This document shows positions 34,914-44,471 of a stretch of 64,000 nt of DNA, in pieces (the stretch's first letter is position 1; every line of letters begins with the position of its first letter). The notes beneath the pieces were generated by a model. It was given only the letters and a program-made list of their open reading frames with translations. It searched no databases and had not been told where the DNA came from. This stretch comes from an uncultured Bacteroidales bacterium (GTDB taxonomy: Bacteria; Bacteroidota; Bacteroidia; Bacteroidales; VadinHA17). The DNA lies in assembly GCA_963780735.1 (NCBI GenBank), contig CAWADB010000012.1, positions 2,658-66,657 of the forward strand, written 5' to 3'. The position numbers were made by a program, and so were the translations under genes.

Positions 34914-36332
34914 TTATGTCTTCAGAAACCTGTCTATTTCTCTTGCAGCACTCCTGCCAGATGCAATTGCGTAAACAACCAGACTGGCTCCGTTTACTGC
35001 ATCTCCGGCGGCAAAGACTTTATTTATACCCGTGGCATGCCCCTGGCTTGTTTTGGCTTTATATCTCCCATCAGGGTTGACGTTCAAATCCTTAGCTAAA
35101 CTATACTGAGCCGGGTGAATAAAACCAAGAGCCAGCAGCACCAGGTCGGCATCAATTATTCTGCGTGTACCATCAATGATTTTCATTGAATACCCTGCCT
35201 CTTCCTTTATCCATTCCACATTTTCCACCTCCACTCCGGTTACATTGCCGTCATTCCCGGTAAACCTCAGCGTCGATAATGACCATTGTCTTTCACAACC
35301 CTCCTCCTGGGATGTGGAGGTTTTCAGTACTCTGGCAAAAAAGGGCCAGGGATTATCAGTGGTTCTGACCGCAGGTGGCTTTGGCAAAATTTCGATCTGG
35401 ATGACTCTTGCAGCTTTCTGACGTATTACTGTTCCCACACAGTCAGAGCCTGTATCTCCTCCTCCGATAACCACCACTTTTTTATCTTTTGCACTGACTG
35501 GTTTTGCAGTGCCGGAAGATTCACCCCCGTTGATTTTGTTCTGTGAAACCAGGAAATCAAGGGCGAAATGGATGCCATTCAGATCTCTGCCCTCCACCAT
35601 GAGGTCACGCGGCTGAGAGGCGCCTGTGGCAATACACACGGCATCATGTTGATTTACAATGTCCTGAAAAGGAATATCCATTCCAATATTAACATTGGTC
35701 CTGATAGTCAGGCCTTCTTTTACCATTATTCCCAGTCTCCGGTCAATCGTTGTCTTGCTGAGCTTGAAATCCGGCACGCCGTACCTGAGCAATCCTCCTG
35801 CCCTGGCTTCCTTCTCAAAAAGAGTTACCTCATGTCCGGCTCTGTTAAGTAAATCAGCTGCGGCCATACCCGAAGGACCGCTTCCTATTACAGCGACTTT
35901 TTTACCAGTCCTGCTCGGGGGAGGTACAGGTTTTATGTATCCTTCAGAAAATGCTTTTTCAGTTATTGCCACTTCATTTTCACGAATAGTTACAGGGTCA
36001 AGCTGAATATTCAGAACACATGCATGTTCACAGGGTGCGGGACATATCCTTCCTGTAAACTCAGGGAAGTTATTTGTGGCACTAAGTCTTTTATACGCAC
36101 CCTTCCAGTCTCCCCTGAACAGCAAGTCATTCCATTCAGGTATTAAATTATCGACCGGGCAGCCCCAGTGGCAGAACGGGACACCGCAATCCATGCACCT
36201 GGCGGCCTGCAGCATACGGTCTTCACTGTTCAGTATCTGCTCCACCTCGCTGAAATCACATATTCGCTCGACAACAGGCCTGTTACCTGCTTCTTTCCTT
36301 TTTATCTTTAAAAATCCGGTTATATCACCCAT
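34914..36332 (-). CDS. gltD: Glutamate synthase (NADPH) small subunit
   Basis: MGDITGFLKIKRKE..., Fe-S Cys clusters CMDCGVPFCH / CPAPCEHAC, and FAD/NAD folds VAVIGSGPSGMAAA and VVVIGGGDTGSDC. Confidence 0.95.
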   Translation of the reverse strand: MGDITGFLKIKRKEAGNRPVVERICDFSEVEQILNSEDRMLQAARCMDCGVPFCHWGCPVDNLIPEWNDLLFRGDWKGAYKRLSATNNFPEFTGRICPAPCEHACVLNIQLDPVTIRENEVAITEKAFSEGYIKPVPPPSRTGKKVAVIGSGPSGMAAADLLNRAGHEVTLFEKEARAGGLLRYGVPDFKLSKTTIDRRLGIMVKEGLTIRTNVNIGMDIPFQDIVNQHDAVCIATGASQPRDLMVEGRDLNGIHFALDFLVSQNKINGGESSGTAKPVSAKDKKVVVIGGGDTGSDCVGTVIRQKAARVIQIEILPKPPAVRTTDNPWPFFARVLKTSTSQEEGCERQWSLSTLRFTGNDGNVTGVEVENVEWIKEEAGYSMKIIDGTRRIIDADLVLLALGFIHPAQYSLAKDLNVNPDGRYKAKTSQGHATGINKVFAAGDAVNGASLVVYAIASGRSAAREIDRFLKT

Positions 36333-36349
36333 CGTTTTCCCCTTAATGT

Positions 36350-39300
36350 TCAATAACCTGTGCCCATTTCCACATCCATCTCAACATTTGCCAGTTTCCT
36401 TTTTATCTCTTCAAGTTTTTGCTCTTCAAGCACTTTTTTATAATCATACGGAGTGACCTTGATAAACCTGGGAATAAATTTAACCTGGTCGTCAATAATC
36501 ATTTTTGCCTTTTTACTGTTTGTATACCGGTAGTGACCAGATATCAGGGAGGTAAGTTCATCTATATCCCTGTTATCTTCTACCAGGGAAAGTTCAACCA
36601 TTCCCATATTACAGTAATAGTCAAAATCACCGTCTTCATCAAAGACATAAGCAATGCCACCGCTCATGCCGGCAGCGAAATTGCTGCCGGTTTTACCAAG
36701 TACAACAACTCTTCCGCCTGTCATATATTCACAACAATGATTGCCTGTGCCTTCGACTACGGCGATAGCACCGCTGTTTCTAACTGCAAATCTTTCCCCG
36801 GCCACACCTGATATATATGCTTCCCCGCCGGTTGCACCATAAAGTACTGTATTCCCGATTATTGTATTCCTGTCTGCCTCGAACGTTGACGCTGACGGTG
36901 GTCTGACGATAATGCGCCCGCCGGAGAGTCCTTTCCCGAGATAGTCATTTGTCTCCCCTTCAAGATAAAACTCAATTCCTGCTGCAAGAAAAGCTCCGAA
37001 GCTTTGTCCCGCCGAGCCGGTGAACCTGCATTTAATCGTACCTTCCGGCAAACCGGATGAGCCATAACGTTCAGCTATTCTGCCGGAGAGCATGGCGCCT
37101 GTAGCCCGGTCAGTATTCCGGATTGACCTGCAGATCACTACAGGGCTTTTCTGTGAGATAGCTTTTTCTGCTTCTTCAAGCAGGCTTAGGTCAAGAACCT
37201 CTCCCACTTTGTTTACATTTCGTTCCGTGCAGTATACCTGATTTGTCCGGGCTTCGTCAGGTATCCGGAGCAGTGCTGTGAGGTCTATATTTTTTGTCTT
37301 CCAGTGGTTTACCTCCGGATCCCGTTCGAGAAGGTCACAACGGCCGATTATGTCATCAAGTTTTCTGAATCCCATCTCTGCCAGGTGTTCACGGATATCT
37401 TCTGCCAGAAACCGGAAGAATGTGACAAGGTTTTCAGCTTTACCTGAAAATCTTTTTCTAAGTTCGGTATTCTGTGTTGCCACACCCGTGGGACATGTGT
37501 TCAGATGGCATTTTCGCATCATCACACAACCAAGGACAATCAGGGCAGCCGTGGCAAATCCGAATTCCTCAGCGCCTAGTAAAGCCATAATTACCACATC
37601 CCTGCCGGTTTTCAGCTGGCCGTCGGCCTGAAGTATGACCTTTCGGCGCAGATTATTCATCACCAGTGTCTGCTGTGTCTCCGCCACGCCCATTTCAACC
37701 GGAAGTCCCGCGTGCTTTATTGAGGAAGCAGGAGAAGCGCCGGTGCCTCCCTCAAAACCTGATATTGTTATCAGATCAGCTCCGGCCTTGGTAACTCCTG
37801 CAGCAATTGTTCCCACACCTGTCTCAGAGACCAGCTTGACACTGATTCTGGCACGGGGATTTACATTACGCAGATCAAAAATCAATTGCGCCAGATCTTC
37901 AATAGAGTATATATCGTGATGCGGGGGAGGCGAAATAAGGGTTATGCCGGGAATGGAGTACCTTGTCTTTGCGATGATGTTGTCCACTTTGTGACCCGGA
38001 AGCTGGCCTCCCTCACCCGGCTTGGCTCCCTGGGCTATTTTTATCTGAATCTCATCAGCATTGACAAGATATTCCGCTGTGACGCCGAAGCGCCCGCTGG
38101 CTACCTGTTTTATTGCACTTCTGACGCTCGTCCCGTCCTCGCGGGGAACAAACCTGGCAGGGTCCTCACCCCCTTCACCGGTATTGCTTCTTCCACCAAT
38201 ACGGTTCATGGCAACGGCAAGACACTCATGCGCTTCTCTGCTTATTGATCCGTAGGACATAGCTCCCGTTACGAATCTCCTCATGATATTTTCGGCGGGT
38301 TCAACCTCCCCGAGAGGAATTTGATTTTTCCTGATCTTAACCAGACCCCTGATAAACAACGGACGGGCTGTATCCTTGTCTGCCTTCTCCGTATATGCCC
38401 TGAAGATGCTCCGGTCACCTGTGGCTGTACTCCACTGAAGGTGCGCAATGATTTCAGGGTTCCAGGCATGCATTTCACCGTTCCTGCGATATGAATACAC
38501 CCCTTCTGTCAGTATGTCTTCCTCGTGTTCTTCAGCAAATGCATGTCTGTGGGGAATAAGAACCTCCTCGGCAATCTCACTCAGGCCAATGCCCCCTATC
38601 CTTGATGCAGTGCCCTCAAAGTAGCTGTCGATTACATCAGGATGTATTCCAACCGCTTCGAATATTTGTGAAGACCGGTAACTCCTCAAAGTGCTTATCC
38701 CCATCTTTGACATGATCTTCAGTATGCCTTTCTGGACTGAATTGATATAATTCTCCTCGGCCTTCTGGTAGTCGAGTTGTATTGCCTTCTCCTTAACCAT
38801 CCTGTCAATTATGGCAAAAACCATATAAGGATTGATTATACTGGCCCCATAGCCGAAGAGGAGCGCAAAGTGCATAACCTCACGCGGTTCAGCAGACTCA
38901 ACCACAATATCAATCTGCATCCTCTTCCGTTTCTTTATCAGGTAATGATGCACTGCAGAGACTGCAATAAGGGAAGGCATCGGGGCGGTATTCTCATCAA
39001 TGCCACGATCAGACAGGATGATATAGTTCTTACCCTCATCCACAGCTTTTTCCGCATCCCGGCACAGCTGGTCAATTGCATGGCGCAGCCCTTCTTCTCC
39101 TTTCCCGGCATCGAAATGCATCTTAAGGCTGGCGGCAGAAAAGCCTTTGTAGCGCAGATTCTTAACAATCTGGAAGTAGGTGTTTGAAATTACCGGGTTT
39201 CGGAATCTTACCATCTTGACATGATCAGGACTCTCATCAAGGAGGTTCTGCTGCAAGGATCCCAGATATCCCGAAAGGGTCATTACCAGTTCTTCCCTGA

Positions 39301-40879
39301 TAGGATCAATAGGAGGATTGGTCACCTGCGCAAAATGCTGCTTGAAATAATTAAAAAGACGATAAGGTTTTTCTGACAGTACTGCCAGCGGCACATCATT
39401 ACCCATCGAACTTATCGGTTCCTTGCCTGTTGCAGCCATCTCCCCGATTATTTTATCGATATCCTCCGCAGAGTAATTAAACGAGATAATGTAATTTTCA
39501 TAGTCCGGACCCAGCTCCGGAGTTTCAAGATGTCCGGTCTCAATCTCCTCAAGGTTTACCATGTTCTGTTTTATCCACTTCCCGTAAGGAAACTCACCTG
39601 CCAGTTTTTCTTTCAGTTCCGCGTCGTAAAAGACCCTCCCTTCCTTAGTATCAACCAGCATCATTTTGCCAGGCCTAAGTCTTCCTTTTTCAAGTATCTG
39701 CTCAGGCGGAAATGTCTGCACCCCGGCTTCTGACCCCATTACTATCAGGTCATTAGTGGTAATTATATACCTTGAGGGTCTGAGCCCGTTCCGGTCAAGC
39801 ATACCGCCAATATACCTGCCGTCTGAGAAGATCAGCGAAGCCGGACCGTCCCACGGTTCCATGATAGTTGAATAATAATGATAAAAGTCACGCAGCTCAC
39901 CCGGAATAGGATTTTTAGCATTGACTGATTCGGGAATTAATACTGACATTGCATAGGGCAGGCTCTTGCCACTCATGATGAGGAACTCAAGCACGTTGTC
40001 AAGTGAAGCGGAATCGCTTTTATCAGGTTCTATAAGAGGGTAAATCCTGGCAAGATCTCCCAGTTTTTCCGATTTCAGAATAGATTCCCTGGCTTCCATC
40101 CACAGTCTGTTCCCTCTTATTGTATTGATCTCCCCGTTATGTCCAAGGAAGCGGAATGGCTGAGCCAGATCCCAGCTCGGGAAGGTGTTTGTGCTGAACC
40201 TTGAATGTACCAGGGCAATAGCACTTTCCAGCCGCTCATCTGTAAGGTCAGAATAATAATCCCTCAGCTGAACAGAAGTGAGCATACCTTTATAGACAAG
40301 CACACGCGATGACAGGCTGGGGATATAGAAGAAGCTTTTTTGTCTCAGGTCGGACTCACGTACCGCCCTCTCAACTCGTTTTCGGATGATATATAATGTT
40401 CGTTCCAGATCTTCCTGCGGTAGGTCAGCCTTAATAAATACCTGTTTAATATGAGGCTCCGCAACTCCTGATATGTCGCCAAGGACTGTATTATCCCGGG
40501 GCACTTCCCTGTAACCAATAAGAGTCGCTCCCTCCTCTGCAATAATTGACCCGAGCAATTCCTCGCACCTCAATGCTTCTGTGGTATCGCGGGGAAGGAA
40601 AATCATTCCTGTACCATATTTGCCTTCCTGGGGTAAATTGTACCCCTGAATAAGATAAAAATCGCGAGGCACCTGTATCATAATGCCGGCGCCGTCACCC
40701 GTCTTGCTGTCAGCGCCCTCGGCACCTCTGTGGGTCATGTTCCTTAGTATGTCAAGGCCCTGACTTATGATTGAGTGAGATTTCTCCCCCCTGAGATGAG
40801 CAACAAAACCTATCCCGCAGCTTCCATGCTCAAAATCATGTCTGTATAATCCCTGGTCACCTGGTCGTTCTGTTTTCAT
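36350..40879 (-). CDS. gltB: Glutamate synthase large subunit
   Basis: About 1509 aa. N-terminal Ntn-amidotransferase Cys (HGSCGIGFVAH), then central, FMN (GEGG...SPPPHHDIYSIEDL) and GXGXG C-terminal domains. ATG at 40879. Confidence 0.95.
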   Translation of the reverse strand: MKTERPGDQGLYRHDFEHGSCGIGFVAHLRGEKSHSIISQGLDILRNMTHRGAEGADSKTGDGAGIMIQVPRDFYLIQGYNLPQEGKYGTGMIFLPRDTTEALRCEELLGSIIAEEGATLIGYREVPRDNTVLGDISGVAEPHIKQVFIKADLPQEDLERTLYIIRKRVERAVRESDLRQKSFFYIPSLSSRVLVYKGMLTSVQLRDYYSDLTDERLESAIALVHSRFSTNTFPSWDLAQPFRFLGHNGEINTIRGNRLWMEARESILKSEKLGDLARIYPLIEPDKSDSASLDNVLEFLIMSGKSLPYAMSVLIPESVNAKNPIPGELRDFYHYYSTIMEPWDGPASLIFSDGRYIGGMLDRNGLRPSRYIITTNDLIVMGSEAGVQTFPPEQILEKGRLRPGKMMLVDTKEGRVFYDAELKEKLAGEFPYGKWIKQNMVNLEEIETGHLETPELGPDYENYIISFNYSAEDIDKIIGEMAATGKEPISSMGNDVPLAVLSEKPYRLFNYFKQHFAQVTNPPIDPIREELVMTLSGYLGSLQQNLLDESPDHVKMVRFRNPVISNTYFQIVKNLRYKGFSAASLKMHFDAGKGEEGLRHAIDQLCRDAEKAVDEGKNYIILSDRGIDENTAPMPSLIAVSAVHHYLIKKRKRMQIDIVVESAEPREVMHFALLFGYGASIINPYMVFAIIDRMVKEKAIQLDYQKAEENYINSVQKGILKIMSKMGISTLRSYRSSQIFEAVGIHPDVIDSYFEGTASRIGGIGLSEIAEEVLIPHRHAFAEEHEEDILTEGVYSYRRNGEMHAWNPEIIAHLQWSTATGDRSIFRAYTEKADKDTARPLFIRGLVKIRKNQIPLGEVEPAENIMRRFVTGAMSYGSISREAHECLAVAMNRIGGRSNTGEGGEDPARFVPREDGTSVRSAIKQVASGRFGVTAEYLVNADEIQIKIAQGAKPGEGGQLPGHKVDNIIAKTRYSIPGITLISPPPHHDIYSIEDLAQLIFDLRNVNPRARISVKLVSETGVGTIAAGVTKAGADLITISGFEGGTGASPASSIKHAGLPVEMGVAETQQTLVMNNLRRKVILQADGQLKTGRDVVIMALLGAEEFGFATAALIVLGCVMMRKCHLNTCPTGVATQNTELRKRFSGKAENLVTFFRFLAEDIREHLAEMGFRKLDDIIGRCDLLERDPEVNHWKTKNIDLTALLRIPDEARTNQVYCTERNVNKVGEVLDLSLLEEAEKAISQKSPVVICRSIRNTDRATGAMLSGRIAERYGSSGLPEGTIKCRFTGSAGQSFGAFLAAGIEFYLEGETNDYLGKGLSGGRIIVRPPSASTFEADRNTIIGNTVLYGATGGEAYISGVAGERFAVRNSGAIAVVEGTGNHCCEYMTGGRVVVLGKTGSNFAAGMSGGIAYVFDEDGDFDYYCNMGMVELSLVEDNRDIDELTSLISGHYRYTNSKKAKMIIDDQVKFIPRFIKVTPYDYKKVLEEQKLEEIKRKLANVEMDVEMGTGY

Positions 40880-40903
40880 TCCCAATGCTGGTGTTTTTAA
40901 AAA

Positions 40904-40938
40904 CTAAAAAACCGCCCTCTGTTTTTCTGAGAACGGTT
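40904..40938 (-). terminator. Strand-specific intrinsic terminator inside the gltB 5-prime leader (attenuator candidate)
   Basis: Minus-strand RNA reads AACCGUUCUC-AGAAAAACA-GAGGGCGGUU-UUUUAGUUUUU. The stem is 10 bp including two G-U pairs. On the plus strand the same positions are A-C mismatches. It ends 25 nt before the gltB ATG. Confidence 0.6.
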
Positions 40939-41047
40939 ATTTTAATTCCTGTATCAATATACCCCTCTCATCCGGATGCATTTATCCTTAGTGTAATGCT
41001 CAGCCACAATGTTGTAACAGCCTGAATCATTTATTAACCTTCTTAGG

Positions 41048-41055
41048 CAAAAATA
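41048..41055 (-). promoter_or_regulatory. Candidate -7 promoter box for the gltBD leader
   Basis: The minus strand reads TATTTTTG (TAnnTTTG consensus), about 170 nt upstream of the gltB ATG. Confidence 0.4.
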
Positions 41056-41194
41056 TTAATTTATATGATTAATATGGGGCTAGACAATAAATATCATAAA
41101 ATAATTATGAAGAATTAGTTAACAAATCTTATTCCTATTGAAAATTTACCGGGCAGATCCGCTGTGCCCTAATCCCTAAACCTGGGTAACCCTG

Positions 41195-42964
41195 CTACTT
41201 AATTATCAGCTTAGCATGCTTTATGCCATCCTTGCCCGAGACAGTTAAAATATAGATACCTGGTCTCATCTTGTCATTTATGGGAAAAAGGATATCCCCG
41301 GCTCCTTCAGGCAATTGCTGAATCCTGTCAGAGCAGATCAGTTGTCCGGAAATATTGCTGACTGACAATACTGCCTCCTCGCCTGCCCAGTCGTTGCTGA
41401 ATGAAATATTTACTATGCCGCCTTTTGCCGGATTGGGATAAACCGAAAATGTTTTCAGGTCAGACGGATCTTCAATTCCCGTCTGCAAGGTGCCGAACAC
41501 TTCGAATTCAAAAATTGAATTCCCATATTGAGAGATTCTGGCAGATGATAACATCCTTATATACCTTGCGGTTGCCGTAAATGAAAAATTATCAATTCCC
41601 CCGTCGCCGCCGGAGGTTGAAAATACCCGCGTCCATGTTGTCGCATTGTTTGAAACCTGGATCTCAAACTTCTTTGCAGCGGCCGCCTCCCAGAAGATTC
41701 TTGCACCGGTAATATTGTATACAGACTGAAGATCAATTCTTATCCATTGCGGATCAGAAAACGCTGATGACCACCGGGTACTCTTGTTTCCGTCGTTGAC
41801 AGCCGAAGTTGGTGTTGAACCGCTTTCCACAGACGATGCTTCAGCCGGTTTGCTGAGTGCAATATTTGGCGGGCCCACCGTTACCGAAACCTCATCATAA
41901 TCCGTCTTGCCTCCTGTGGTGGCTGTGATCCTGAAAGTGTATACACCGGAAACTAGATCTGATACTGCCGGAGTGGCGATGGCAGTATTGTCGAATATTG
42001 CTGTATTCGGACCGCTGACCTGTGTCCAGACAATGGATGGCACATCTCCGTTTGCGTCGTACACTGATCCTTTCAGGGTTGTAGTTGATGCAGGCTCATT
42101 TATAAATATGTCTGCTCCCGCCATCGCAACGGGAGGCAAATCAGTATTCATCCCCTGAAACGCCATGGCGGCATAAAGCTGTCCCAGTTTTGTAAGAGCC
42201 CCGTTTGCCCCTAACAGGCTTATATCCGGATTGCTGCCAACCCTTGTTGCAAACCATGAATACCTGAACACAATCGGGTCGTTCTCAAGTACCGGAATTG
42301 CTTCTTTCATGTATTTCACGACGCCGTCAAAGTCGGGCTTCGGCGGATCCCAGGGAGCAAACTCGGTGATCCACAAAGGCTTGTTGTACTTCCTGAATTT
42401 ATCCAGATAGCTGCTTAAGGATGCTGAGTAAGGGGCATAGCTGTGAATGGCAATATAATCGACTTTACAGCCCGGACAGGCAGCAAAGAACTTATCGAGC
42501 CAGTCAACCGGATCGTTGGTAACCCCATCAACGCAATCGCCGCACCAGTTTACTGCGGGACTTACAAGTTCCAATCCCTTGTCAGCTGCAATTTTTTCAA
42601 GATTTGGCCACATTGAGGCAGCCTGTGCAGGCGTCAGGTTGGCCTGTGATTTAAAGTTAGGCTCGTTGAATCCGAGGAGATATTTACTCCCGGCCGGTAT
42701 CCTGGCCTCTATTCCAGCCACATCTCCGGCATATACGGCGCCCCAGCACATCGGAACCCATTCGATCCCTGACAACTGGCCCTGCGATACGGCAGGAGGT
42801 TCCACCCCCCAGTCGTAATACCAGGTAACAGACGGAGCCAGTATGACCAGGTCCTGGGGTGAAGCATCGCCGCAAATACCCCGTTTGGGGCTTTTATTCT
42901 GACCGTATGTGAAAGCAGACAGTCCAAATATGAGAATCACAGATGCAAAAAAGATTCGCCTCAT
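41195..42964 (-). CDS. Secreted multidomain glycoside hydrolase: GH128-like 'glycosyl hydrolase catalytic core' + PKD-like + F5/8 type C (discoidin/CBM32-like) + T9SS C-terminal domain
   Basis: Signal peptide. KRGICGD...WYYDWG...LLGFNEPN...LWITEF (catalytic-core pattern). VWTQVSGPN...YTFRITAT (PKD). NDGNKSTRWSS...WIRIDL (discoidin). FSVYPNPAKGGIVNISF...LIIK (T9SS CTD). Confidence 0.75.
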   Translation of the reverse strand: MRRIFFASVILIFGLSAFTYGQNKSPKRGICGDASPQDLVILAPSVTWYYDWGVEPPAVSQGQLSGIEWVPMCWGAVYAGDVAGIEARIPAGSKYLLGFNEPNFKSQANLTPAQAASMWPNLEKIAADKGLELVSPAVNWCGDCVDGVTNDPVDWLDKFFAACPGCKVDYIAIHSYAPYSASLSSYLDKFRKYNKPLWITEFAPWDPPKPDFDGVVKYMKEAIPVLENDPIVFRYSWFATRVGSNPDISLLGANGALTKLGQLYAAMAFQGMNTDLPPVAMAGADIFINEPASTTTLKGSVYDANGDVPSIVWTQVSGPNTAIFDNTAIATPAVSDLVSGVYTFRITATTGGKTDYDEVSVTVGPPNIALSKPAEASSVESGSTPTSAVNDGNKSTRWSSAFSDPQWIRIDLQSVYNITGARIFWEAAAAKKFEIQVSNNATTWTRVFSTSGGDGGIDNFSFTATARYIRMLSSARISQYGNSIFEFEVFGTLQTGIEDPSDLKTFSVYPNPAKGGIVNISFSNDWAGEEAVLSVSNISGQLICSDRIQQLPEGAGDILFPINDKMRPGIYILTVSGKDGIKHAKLIIK

Positions 42965-43003
42965 TATTGACGGATTAAAAGTTCATCCATAATCTGAATT
43001 ACT

Positions 43004-43705
43004 TTATTGAAAGACTATCCTGTACCCCACTGAAAATGTTATAGGAAATAAACCCTGTTCAAACACCGCGCCGTAGACCTGTTCCAGATAATCCATATAT
43101 TCCTGTACTTCAGAGCTTCTGAACGGCACAAACAAGGATACACTTATGTAATCGTCCGAATATTTAAAGGGCTTGAAATCCAGTCCCGCCCCAAGTGTGG
43201 CACCGTAATATACCTTATTAAGCTCCTTGTAGTCTGTAACCCTTATTACAGCATTGTATCCGTACATCGCAAGTAAAGATAACAATACGTGGCTGGTGCT
43301 GCTCCCGATTGCAATCCTGGATTTGATCCCAAGATTGTAACCCACACTGGCCAGATTGTACCCAATACCGCAAAAAAGTCCGAAATTTCTCTGCGGGTAA
43401 TACAGAATGTTACCGCCGAACCCGCCGTAATCCTGCCCTATTCCCAAACCAACTGAAAGTTTGTCAAAAGTTACTACAGAGTTGGTCTGCAATACAAGCT
43501 CATTCAATAACTCGGTGTTCGTTGTTTTTGGAACGGAGCTCGTATCCTGAACAGGTATTGCCTGGGTTTCTTCGCTGACTGTCAGGGAATCAACTTTTTC
43601 TGTCTCCGCGGGTTTTGTAACTGTTGTCACGACCACAGGCTCCTGGGAAAAAGCAATTCCATTCAGGAATAACAGAAAAGATGCAAACAGGATGAAGCTC
43701 TTCAT
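43004..43705 (-). CDS. Hypothetical outer-membrane beta-barrel-like protein
   Basis: Start chosen at MKSFILFASFLLFLNGIAFSQ (signal peptide). The C-terminal half is rich in alternating G/Y/aromatic strands and ends in ...GYRIVFQ. Confidence 0.5.
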   Translation of the reverse strand: MKSFILFASFLLFLNGIAFSQEPVVVTTVTKPAETEKVDSLTVSEETQAIPVQDTSSVPKTTNTELLNELVLQTNSVVTFDKLSVGLGIGQDYGGFGGNILYYPQRNFGLFCGIGYNLASVGYNLGIKSRIAIGSSTSHVLLSLLAMYGYNAVIRVTDYKELNKVYYGATLGAGLDFKPFKYSDDYISVSLFVPFRSSEVQEYMDYLEQVYGAVFEQGLFPITFSVGYRIVFQ

Positions 43706-43832
43706 TCCACATAAAGATGAAATACCTGATCCGAAACGGTCAACATAACATTGTTTCTGAATGTTTTTCATGCGGATAGATTTACTCTCAAATATAAACA
43801 GAAAGATCCTGCAGTGCAAAAAACACAAAAAT

Positions 43833-44444
43833 CTAGACCTCAAGGCCTAAAGACCTCAAAAAATGCCTGAGCTGGTCTGCCGAGTGAAAGTGTATCGAAT
43901 GGAATCCTAACTCCGCGGCCGCTTCCGCATTGGCTTTGTTGTCGTCAATATAAACCGATTCTGCCGGATTGATATTATATCTGTTCATCAGTACCCGGTA
44001 AAGGGCATGGTCAGGTTTGAGGAGCTTTTCATACCCCGAAACCACAATGCCATCGAATTGTTTCATGAAGCCATAGCGCTCAAAAGCTACAGGAAAAGCT
44101 TCATGCGACCAGTTTGTCAACGCGTAGAGGGGCATTCCGGCCGATTTAAGCTCATTGAAGATCTTTACCGTATCGTTGAGCTCCCCGCCAAGCATCTCCT
44201 CCCAGCGGCCGTAATAAAGGGCAATTTTATCACTGTACTCCGGGAATTTGGCGGATAGCTCGGAAGTGGCTTCGCTGAAAAGCTTGCCGCCATCCTGCTG
44301 AACATTCCATTCATAAGTGCATATTTCCGAGAGGAACCATTCCATCTCCTCGTCGTTGTTGAAAATCTTACGGTAGAGGTGTCTGGGGTTCCAGTCTATC
44401 AGGACGCCCCCGATGTCAAAGACAACAGTTTTAATATTGCTCAT
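43833..44444 (-). CDS. HAD-superfamily hydrolase (subfamily IA-like)
   Basis: Motif I VVFDIGGVL (DxG), motif II LTNWS, motif III/IV KPDHALY...VYIDDN. Confidence 0.8.
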   Translation of the reverse strand: MSNIKTVVFDIGGVLIDWNPRHLYRKIFNNDEEMEWFLSEICTYEWNVQQDGGKLFSEATSELSAKFPEYSDKIALYYGRWEEMLGGELNDTVKIFNELKSAGMPLYALTNWSHEAFPVAFERYGFMKQFDGIVVSGYEKLLKPDHALYRVLMNRYNINPAESVYIDDNKANAEAAAELGFHSIHFHSADQLRHFLRSLGLEV

Positions 44445-44471
44445 GCTTTAAAAATCAAGACGCAATATTAA

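Noticed and set aside
36419-36811. Antisense or alternative-frame ORFs inside long genes. Examples: 1276..1746, 13895..14329, 36419..36811, 38777..39187, 52135..52659, 55556..56140, 57566..58108, 62107..62697.
   Set aside because: Each lies entirely within a strongly supported gene on the other strand or frame. They have low-complexity or Arg/Ser/Pro-rich translations and no recognisable motifs, as expected for shadow ORFs at this GC content.
40880-41055. The gltB leader as a known glutamine (glnA-type) riboswitch
   Set aside because: I cannot recognise the conserved glnA RNA motif core by eye. Only the terminator and a possible antiterminator are supported, so the class is left open.
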